Source: Akkermansiaceae bacterium (GTDB lineage Bacteria > Verrucomicrobiota > Verrucomicrobiia > Verrucomicrobiales > Akkermansiaceae). Taken from it: a stretch of 54,210 nucleotides of DNA. A program made the position numbers and the translations under genes. The notes under the pieces were generated by a model. It was not told the origin of the DNA, did no database searches, and saw only the letters and a program-made list of their open reading frames with translations. Shown here one piece after another: positions 1-6,316 of this stretch. The DNA lies in the NCBI GenBank assembly GCA_051251915.1, contig JBPOGF010000024.1, positions 1 through 54,210 of the forward strand. The letters are read 5' to 3'. Position 1 is the stretch's first letter, and every line of letters starts with the position of its first letter.

Positions 1-107
1 GCTATGGCGGCGAGGAGGGTGTCTTGGACGGTGTTTTTGTTAGGTTGTGACTGCCAGCCTGAGAATGGTCTGCCGTCATAGGCTATTGTTAGCTTGAGTA
101 TGGACAT
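1..107 (-). CDS. truA: tRNA pseudouridine(38-40) synthase TruA, 5' end only; runs off the left edge
   Basis: ATG at 107-105 overlaps the upstream TAA and reads [22 protein letters not shown], the TruA N-terminal YDG..F.GWQ motif. The rest lies outside the window. Confidence 0.85.
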   Translation of the reverse strand, partial: MSILKLTIAYDGRPFSGWQSQPNKNTVQDTLLAAI

Positions 108-358
108 TAGAAGAAGGGGTCTGGTGTATTTTGTGAGAGCCAGTATGAGAGGATCTCGAAGTGGGCGACTTGGCCGTCTGCGTGGACTCCGGCATCGGTT
201 CTGCCTGAGCCGTGGAGCTTGATGGTTTGGACGGGTTGTTTGGCTATTTCTGCTATGGCGGCGAGGAGGGTGTCTTGGACGGTGTTTTTGTTAGGTTGTG
301 ACTGCCAGCCTGAGAATGGTCTGCCGTCGTAGGCTATTGTTAGCTTTAGTATGGACAT
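107..358 (-). pseudogene. Chimeric 83-aa ORF: TruA N-terminus fused in frame to the RuvX C-terminal 16 aa
   Basis: Carries the TruA motifs YDG..FSGWQ and [15 protein letters not shown], then [16 protein letters not shown], a copy of the RuvX tail. Product of the tandem duplication. Confidence 0.85.
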
Positions 359-804
359 TAGAAGAAGGGATCTGGTGAGTTTTGTGAGAGCCAGTATGAG
401 AGGATTTCGACGGCGGCGGCTTGGTCGATGATGGATTTTTGTTTTTTGGCGTTTTTGCCGGCTTGATGGAGTTTCTCGGCGGCTGCGACTGTGGTGAGGC
501 TTTCGTCGATGTAGTGGAGTGGGAGGTCTATGTTTTCTAAAATTTCATTTCCGAAGCGTCTGATTTTCTCGGCGGCTGTGCCTTCGGTTCCGTCCATGCG
601 GATGGGGAGGCCTAGGACGATTTGTTTGACTTGACGTTGGCTTACGAGTGTTTTGATACGCTCGATGGGGTCGGTTGTTTTGACGTGGATTGTTTCTAGG
701 GGGTGAGCCATGATTCCGACTGGGTCTGTGATGGCTAGTCCGATGCGCGCTTCGCCGTGGTCGATTCCTAGGACGGGGTGTTGTATTTCTTCATTCACTG
801 TCAC
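358..804 (-). CDS. ruvX: YqgF/RuvX family nuclease (putative pre-16S rRNA nuclease / Holliday junction resolvase-like)
   Basis: Motifs LGIDHGEARIGLA..D, VLGLP..MDG, DESLTT and IDQAAAVEIL. Confidence 0.92.
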   Translation of the reverse strand: MTVNEEIQHPVLGIDHGEARIGLAITDPVGIMAHPLETIHVKTTDPIERIKTLVSQRQVKQIVLGLPIRMDGTEGTAAEKIRRFGNEILENIDLPLHYIDESLTTVAAAEKLHQAGKNAKKQKSIIDQAAAVEILSYWLSQNSPDPFF

Positions 805-911
805 TAATTAGGCATGAAGCGGCGTTAAAATATAGGAAAATAGCGAGATATTGTGCAATTTGCGGGCTGGTGCCTTGACATGGGGTCATAACTGCAAGAA
901 CTTCCTCCATC

Positions 912-2093
912 GTGAAAAATACATTATTCAGAAATACACTTGTAACTGGGTTAGTGGGGATAGTTGCCTTTGGGGCGATGAATGTCTCTACAGCTCAAGA
1001 TATCGCTGCTCCAAAAGATGTGGCAGCAGCTCCTGCTGATGCTGAGAAGACTGCTTCAGGTCTCATGTCAAAAATTCTTAAAGCTGGAACTGGAAAAGAG
1101 AAGCCAGGTGCGGAAGATACCGTGACTGTGCATTACTCAGGATGGGAAACCAGTGGTAAGATGTTTGATTCATCAGTGGCTCGTGGAGAGCCTGCATCGT
1201 TTCCTCTTAACCGTGTGATCAAGGGGTGGACTGAGGGTCTACAGTTGATGGTGGTGGGTGAGAAGCGTCGTTTCTGGATTCCTGCAAATTTAGCTTATGG
1301 TGATACTCCGTCACGTCCGGGCGGGCCTTCTGGAATGCTTTGTTTTGATGTTGAGTTATTGGACATCGTGAAGGCGCCGGAGCCAATTAAGGTTCCTGAA
1401 GCTGCTGTTGCTACTGCTAGCGGGGTGAAGTATGTGATCATGAAAGCTGGTGAAGGAGCTAAGGCGGCAGCTGACAAGAACGTTAAGTTTCATTACACCT
1501 TCTTTTCGGCTGACGGCAAGCCTGTGCAGTCTTCTAAGGAAAGAGGTGATGCTCAAACTGTGCCTGTTTCAAAACTGCCTCCATTCTTTAGTGAAGTATT
1601 AACTGAGCTCTCAGTTGGTGGACTGGCTGAAATTTACGTTCCTGGTCAGGTATTGGGCGCACAAGATCCACTTGTTAAGGCTGAACTTGAGCTAGTAGCA
1701 ATTTCTGAGCCGATTCCTGCACCTGCTGTTCCTCAAGATGTGGCTGCAGTTCCTGCGGATGCGAAGAAGACTGATTCAGGTCTTGCTTATAAAGTGATTA
1801 AAAAAGGAGAAGGCGGAGATAAGCCTGCGGCAACAAATACTGTAACTGTTCATTACACTGGTTGGGAGACTTCTGGTGAAATGTTTGATAGTTCTGTGAC
1901 TCGTGGTGAAACAACTAGTTTCGCTTTAAATCAAGTCATTCCAGGCTGGACGGAAGGTCTGCAGTTAATGAGTAAGGGTGATACGTATCGTTTCTGGATT
2001 CCAGAGGGTCTTGCGTATGGACCTAAACAAGAAGGATCAGGTCGCCCTGGTGGACTTCTTGTTTTTGATGTAGAGCTTGTGGGCTTTAAGTAG
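912..2093 (+). CDS. Secreted multi-domain FKBP-type peptidyl-prolyl isomerase
   Basis: Signal peptide; two full FKBP domains (VTVHY.GW..G.MFDSS...VI.GWTEGLQLM...FDVEL) flank a degenerate middle FKBP domain. Confidence 0.92.
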   Translation: MKNTLFRNTLVTGLVGIVAFGAMNVSTAQDIAAPKDVAAAPADAEKTASGLMSKILKAGTGKEKPGAEDTVTVHYSGWETSGKMFDSSVARGEPASFPLNRVIKGWTEGLQLMVVGEKRRFWIPANLAYGDTPSRPGGPSGMLCFDVELLDIVKAPEPIKVPEAAVATASGVKYVIMKAGEGAKAAADKNVKFHYTFFSADGKPVQSSKERGDAQTVPVSKLPPFFSEVLTELSVGGLAEIYVPGQVLGAQDPLVKAELELVAISEPIPAPAVPQDVAAVPADAKKTDSGLAYKVIKKGEGGDKPAATNTVTVHYTGWETSGEMFDSSVTRGETTSFALNQVIPGWTEGLQLMSKGDTYRFWIPEGLAYGPKQEGSGRPGGLLVFDVELVGFK

Positions 2094-2110
2094 GCTTTAG
2101 TTAATTTTAC

Positions 2111-2152
2111 AAAAAAGCGTCTTACGATGATTTATCGTGAGACGCTTTTTTT
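2111..2152. terminator. Bidirectional intrinsic terminator
   Basis: AAAAAAGCGTCTTACGAT-loop-ATCGTGAGACGCTTTTTT between convergent genes. Confidence 0.85.
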
Positions 2153-2168
2153 ATTTGTTAGTGATGGT

Positions 2169-2381
2169 TTATCGTACGAGCTGTCCGCTGACGGGGGCGG
2201 GATAGGTGGTGTTGTATCTTGCTGGAGCTGTAGTGGGTGGAGCTACGCTGTTGACTACATTTCCGATAGCGTTTCCTGCATGGGTGAATGTGTCTCCTAC
2301 AGGATCTGCAGATGCTGGTGAGTAGCAGCTAGCTAGTGACGTAAAGAGGGCGAGGCTTAAGAGTTTGATCATGTTCTTCAT
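2169..2381 (-). CDS. Small putative lipoprotein
   Basis: MKNMIKLLSLALFTSLASC: signal peptide with an LASC lipobox; ends just before the terminator. Confidence 0.65.
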   Translation of the reverse strand: MKNMIKLLSLALFTSLASCYSPASADPVGDTFTHAGNAIGNVVNSVAPPTTAPARYNTTYPAPVSGQLVR

Positions 2382-2436
2382 AGGTTTTCATAGTATGGGA
2401 ACTATGCGGTTCGGCAAGGAAGATGTTTTTTGGGGG

Positions 2437-4029
2437 TTAGAGGTCTTCGAATGTGAGGTTAAATTTTGCTAGGTATTTTCTGAGTCGGTCGCCGTCATTT
2501 TTTGATTTCCGTTGTTCTCTGGAGACAGCGAATAACTTGCGGCCTGCATCGCTGATGGATTTTGATGTTTGGCAGATTTGAATTGCGTAGGCTAGTTGTG
2601 GGCGGTCGAATGGGTCGATTAGTTCAATTTTTTGCGGGCTTAGGAATTCTGTTAGGTGTGTTGAGTTATTGGCCTTACTTGGTCTTTGCCAGCTTTCTGT
2701 TAGACGGATTTGTTCGGCTTCGACTTCTTGGGAGGTGATTCTGCCTCTAGGGGAGAGGGTTGCCATACGGGTGATGGCGGCGTTGAGGTCGCGGAAATTT
2801 CCTGACCAAGTGCTGGAGGGGTTGGTGGCGAATTTGAGGAAATTTTGGTGAGCTTCTTTGTTGAAGCGGATGGATTGGCCGCTGGTGGCGGTTTGTTTGG
2901 TGAGCTCGTATTCTATGTTTGGTGCGATGTCTTCTGGTCTGTCAGCGAGGCCGGGGAGTTTGAATGTCCAGGTGTTGATTCTAGCGAGGAGGTCTTCGCG
3001 GAATGTGCCGTCTGAGATGCCTGCGCGGAGGTCTTTGTTGGTGCCTGCAATGAGTTGGAATTTGCTTTTCACGGGGGTGTCTGAGCCTACTGGTAGCCAT
3101 TTTCCTTCTTCGATGGCGCGGAGGAGGACGGCTTGTTCGTCTGGGCCTAGTTCGCCGATTTCATCGAGGAATAGGATGCCGTTGTTGGCTTCGCGTAGGA
3201 GTCCTGGGCGATCTGCTGCGGCGCCTGTGAATGATCCTTTTTTGTGTCCGAAGAGGGTGCTCATGGCGATGTCTCCTCGGAGGGTGGCGCAGTTGATCTC
3301 GACGAAGTTTCCTTCTAGGTTGCAGCGGTTTTGGCGGAGTTGGTAGATTTTTTCTGCGAGCTGACTTTTGCCGGCACCGGTGGGGCCGGTGATGAGGATG
3401 GGGGCGTCTGAGCGGAGGGCGACGGTTTCTATTTGTTCGATGAGTTGGTTGAAGTTTTTGTTGAGGGTGGGGATGCCGGATTTGAGGATGTCTTGTGCTT
3501 CGGCTTTTTCTTGGTGGAAGCGTGATGCTAAGAGGTCGTATTTTGAGAGGTCGAGGTCGATGATGGTGAAGCTGCCGGGTTTTGCGCCGACGGCTCTGCC
3601 ACGGGGTGGTCCGGTTTGGATGAGTTTGCCAGGGAGGTGCTGGGATTCTGTTAGGAGGAATAGGCAGATCTGGGCGACGTGGGTGCCGGTGGTGATGTGG
3701 GCGTAGTAGTTGGTGGTGGAAGGGGTGCAGTTTAGGGATTTGAAGTAGTCGTATAGATTGCTGAAAACGTTTTCGAAGTCCCAGGGTTTAGTGATTCCTA
3801 AGACTTTGCCTACGACTTCTGTTTCTGGGGAGAGTTGTCGCATGTCTTGCATGACGGATTCTGCGAGTTCGCTGAAGTTTTTTTCGTAGAGAAGTTCGTA
3901 GCGGTCGATGAGGAAGTCCTCGCGGGCGCAGAGGTTTACGGTGGGGCGCCATTCTGCCCAGCGGTTGCGACCTTGGCTGGAGTCTAGTTTCGTTCCGAGG
4001 AATCCGATGACGGTGGTTGATCTAGGCAT
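2437..4029 (-). CDS. rtcR: Sigma54-dependent RNA-repair transcriptional activator RtcR (CARF - AAA+ - HTH)
   Basis: N-terminal RtcR motifs GFLGTKLD, RW..WRPTV, PWDFE and HITTGTHVAQI; Walker A GPTGAGKS; GSFTGA loop; LFLDEIGEL; C-terminal NDGDRLRKYL. Confidence 0.95.
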   Translation of the reverse strand: MPRSTTVIGFLGTKLDSSQGRNRWAEWRPTVNLCAREDFLIDRYELLYEKNFSELAESVMQDMRQLSPETEVVGKVLGITKPWDFENVFSNLYDYFKSLNCTPSTTNYYAHITTGTHVAQICLFLLTESQHLPGKLIQTGPPRGRAVGAKPGSFTIIDLDLSKYDLLASRFHQEKAEAQDILKSGIPTLNKNFNQLIEQIETVALRSDAPILITGPTGAGKSQLAEKIYQLRQNRCNLEGNFVEINCATLRGDIAMSTLFGHKKGSFTGAAADRPGLLREANNGILFLDEIGELGPDEQAVLLRAIEEGKWLPVGSDTPVKSKFQLIAGTNKDLRAGISDGTFREDLLARINTWTFKLPGLADRPEDIAPNIEYELTKQTATSGQSIRFNKEAHQNFLKFATNPSSTWSGNFRDLNAAITRMATLSPRGRITSQEVEAEQIRLTESWQRPSKANNSTHLTEFLSPQKIELIDPFDRPQLAYAIQICQTSKSISDAGRKLFAVSREQRKSKNDGDRLRKYLAKFNLTFEDL

Positions 4030-4093
4030 GGTTGGGATGTTTTTGGTTGCTGGGGGTAAGTTTTTATTTGGTAGGTTATTTGGTAGTTAGTGT

Positions 4094-4127
4094 GATATAT
4101 TTTGATAATAGTCGATATTATTTTATC
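4094..4127. promoter_or_regulatory. Putative RtcR upstream activator site
   Basis: GATA at 4094, 4104 and 4114 plus TATC at 4124 (10-bp phasing), and an ATAATA-N5-TATTAT inverted repeat at 4105-4121, about 100 bp upstream of the sigma54 site. The binding role is inferred. Confidence 0.45.
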
Positions 4128-4227
4128 GTTTAAGGTTTATTTTTGTTTTTATTGGTTTTTTGATATTGGTTTTCATGTGATTTATTGTGAGAGTGTTATG
4201 TGTTTTTTGGTGGTTTTTTGAAGGGGT

Positions 4228-4243
4228 TGGCATGATGGGTGCA
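4228..4243 (+). promoter_or_regulatory. Sigma54 (-24/-12) promoter of the rsr - Y RNA - rtcB operon
   Basis: TGGCATGATGGGTGCA: GG(4229-30)-N10-GC(4241-42), 36 nt upstream of the rsr ATG and divergent from rtcR. Confidence 0.85.
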
Positions 4244-4278
4244 AATAGTGTTTTAGAAATAAACAACTAATCAACATT

Positions 4279-5850
4279 ATGGCTAACACATCAATCTTTA
4301 CAACTATCAGAAACAGCTTTGCTCCGAAGGCGGATACTGTGAATCTCGCAGGAGGAATCGCTTACGAGATGGAAGAGCGGGAGGCGCTTGCTCAGTTTGT
4401 GGTTACTGGATGTTTCAATGGGACATTTTATCAGACTGCTGAAGATCAGCTTGATAAGGTGATCAGTTTGGCAGCTCAAGTGGATGACGTTTTTCTAGCT
4501 CAGACTGCACTTTACAGCAGGAAACGAGCTTATATGAAAGATGCTCCGGCTTTGCTTTGCGCTATCTTGGCGGGGAGAAATACTGAGCTTTTTAATAGGG
4601 TGTTTTCTGAGGTGATCGATAACGGAAAGATGCTTAGGAACTTTGTGCAGATCATGCGTTCTGGAGTGACTGGGAGAACTTCTCTTGGTTCGGCTCCTAA
4701 GAAGCGAGTTCAGGAATGGCTGAATGGTGCAGATGATGACGCGTTGCTTTTTGCGTCGGTGGGAAATGCCCCATCGTTGGCGGATGTGATCAAGATGGTT
4801 CACCCTAGTGCTAAGGATGCGCGTAGGGAGGCTTATTATGGTCATATCATCGGGAACAAAGTGGTGAAATCACTTTTGCCGGAGAAGGTGCAAGCTTTTG
4901 AAGCGTGGAAGAGAGATCGTAGGCAGGCGCTTCCTGATGTTCCTTTTCAGCTACTCACTTCACAGGCTCTCAATATGAAAGACTGGATGAAAATAGCGGA
5001 GAATGCTTCATGGCAGATGGCTAGGATGAATCTGAATACATTTGCGAGGCATGGAGTTTTCAAGAAGCGTGGAATGGTGCAGATGATTGCGGGTAAGCTT
5101 TCGAATACGAAGTTGATCAGACGTGCTAGAGTGTTCCCTTATCAGTTGCTTGCGGCCTATTTAAATGTGGGAGATGCGGTGCCGGTGGAGATCAGAAATG
5201 CGCTTCAGAAAGCGATGGAGATATCATTGGAGAACGTTCCTGAGATCAATGGGAAAATAGCAGTTTGCGTGGATATTTCAGGATCAATGCACTCACCAGC
5301 TACTGGATACCGTAAGGGTTCTAGTTCAGCTCTTAGATGTATCGATGTGGCGGCTCTTGTGGGAGCTGCTATCTTGAGAAAAAATCCGGACGCGCTCATT
5401 CTTCCATTCGAGAACAAGGTGGTGAAGACCGGGCTCAATGCGTATGACTCAGTGATGACGAATGCGAGGAAGCTTGCTAGTTTGCCATTTGGTGGGACTA
5501 ACTGTAGTGCTCCGTTGAAATGGATCAACCAGAAGAGGCTAAGTGTCGATATGGTGGTCTTTGTTTCTGACAATGAATCCTGGCTTGATTCTCCGTATTA
5601 CGGACGTTTTGGGACTGGTTCTGCGACGGCGACTATGGATGAGTGGACTAAGCTAAAGAGGAGATGCGTGAATGCTAAAATGGCATGTATAGACATCACT
5701 CCGCATGATACGAAGCAGATGAAGAGCAGGAAGGATGTGTTAAACATCGGAGGGTTCTCTGATCAAGTTTTCAAGCTGTTAGCTCAGTTTGCGAAGGGGG
5801 ATCTTACTGAGGGGCATTGTGTCTCAGAGATTGAGAAAGAAGAAATTTAA
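4279..5850 (+). CDS. rsr: Ro60/TROVE-domain RNA-binding protein (Rsr) with C-terminal vWA domain
   Basis: N.AGG.AY, TGCFNGTFY, MKDAPALL, GRTSLGS, RMNLNTFARHG, ARVFPYQLL; vWA MIDAS motif DISGSM; GGTNCSAPL; FVSDNESW; IGGFSDQVF. Confidence 0.93.
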   Translation: MANTSIFTTIRNSFAPKADTVNLAGGIAYEMEEREALAQFVVTGCFNGTFYQTAEDQLDKVISLAAQVDDVFLAQTALYSRKRAYMKDAPALLCAILAGRNTELFNRVFSEVIDNGKMLRNFVQIMRSGVTGRTSLGSAPKKRVQEWLNGADDDALLFASVGNAPSLADVIKMVHPSAKDARREAYYGHIIGNKVVKSLLPEKVQAFEAWKRDRRQALPDVPFQLLTSQALNMKDWMKIAENASWQMARMNLNTFARHGVFKKRGMVQMIAGKLSNTKLIRRARVFPYQLLAAYLNVGDAVPVEIRNALQKAMEISLENVPEINGKIAVCVDISGSMHSPATGYRKGSSSALRCIDVAALVGAAILRKNPDALILPFENKVVKTGLNAYDSVMTNARKLASLPFGGTNCSAPLKWINQKRLSVDMVVFVSDNESWLDSPYYGRFGTGSATATMDEWTKLKRRCVNAKMACIDITPHDTKQMKSRKDVLNIGGFSDQVFKLLAQFAKGDLTEGHCVSEIEKEEI

Positions 5851-5883
5851 CTATAAATAATTAACAGAAAAATCAGAAAACTT

Positions 5884-6001
5884 TGGTGAATGCTGGTAGG
5901 ACTACATTGACTCATCGGTCGGAGGTTCGAATCCTTCACTCGGAAACGAGTTAGCTCAGTCAGGTAGAGCAGTGAAAATGTCTTACAACGAATTGTCACC
6001 A
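5884..6001 (+). ncRNA. Y RNA 1, YrlA-like (permuted tRNA-like domain on a putative Ro-binding stem)
   Basis: Terminal stem TGGTGA/TCACCA with GAATGC...TTGTC motif. T arm GGAGG-TTCGAAT-CCTTC (5921-5937), acceptor hairpin ACTCG-GAAA-CGAGT (5938-5951), TA, D arm GCTC-AGTCAGGTA-GAGC (5954-5970). Directly downstream of rsr. Confidence 0.88.
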
Positions 6002-6035
6002 TCTAATAAAAATACTAATCATACATAGAAAACTT

Positions 6036-6189
6036 TTGCGTTGAATGCTGATGGAACTACATCGCTATTAACGACGGGGTCGGGGGTTCGAGTCCCTCCC
6101 GGGCTGCCATTTTTTAACTAATCATTATATGGCCCGGTAGCTCAGATGGATAGAGCACGGAAATTGTTTCATCGATTTTGTCAACGCAA
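6036..6189 (+). ncRNA. Y RNA 2, containing a complete circularly permuted tRNA-like domain (ATT anticodon, GCCA)
   Basis: Terminal stem TTGCGTTGA/TCAACGCAA. Anticodon-like loop CT-ATT-AA (6065-6071), T arm GGGGG-TTCGAGT-CCCTC (6082-6098), CCGGGCT-G-CCA (6099-6109), 21-nt AT-rich linker, then GGCCCGG-TA-GCTC-AGATGGATA-GAGC-A (6131-6157). Confidence 0.88.
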
Positions 6190-6210
6190 TCACTTTTCTA
6201 AACATACAAT

Positions 6211-6291
6211 TTTTCAGCCTGGGAATGCAGGTAGGGACTACATCAACCAAATGAACTAGATGTCTCGCCATACTTTGTCTCGGGCTGAAAA
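6211..6291 (+). ncRNA. Y RNA 3, minimal (YrlB-like; stem module without a tRNA domain)
   Basis: 14-bp terminal stem TTTTCAGCCTGGGA/TCTCGGGCTGAAAA. Same GAATGC (6223), ACTACAT (6237) and TTGTC (6275) motifs. ACATC/GATGT closes a 14-nt A-rich loop. Confidence 0.8.
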
Positions 6292-6316
6292 TTATAACCT
6301 TTAAAATAGAGATACC

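Larger units (their letters stand above)
1..410. repeat. Tandem duplication with a 251-bp period spanning the ruvX 3' end and truA 5' end
   Basis: 1-159 aligns to 252-410 with 6 mismatches (78/329, 96/347, 119/370, 127/378, 128/379, 155/406). Confidence 0.95.

Noticed and set aside
5945..6109. A conventional-order, intron-containing tRNA made from the D arm of RNA1 and the T arm/CCA of RNA2
   Set aside because: The would-be acceptor strands (AACGAGT and CCGGGCT) do not pair, whereas each half pairs within its own permuted unit.
5884..6291. CRISPR-like repeat array (GAATGC...ACTACAT recurring three times)
   Set aside because: Repeats are short and degenerate, spacing is irregular, there are no cas genes, and the structure and rsr context explain them as Y RNAs. 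RtcR's CARF domain does not imply CRISPR.
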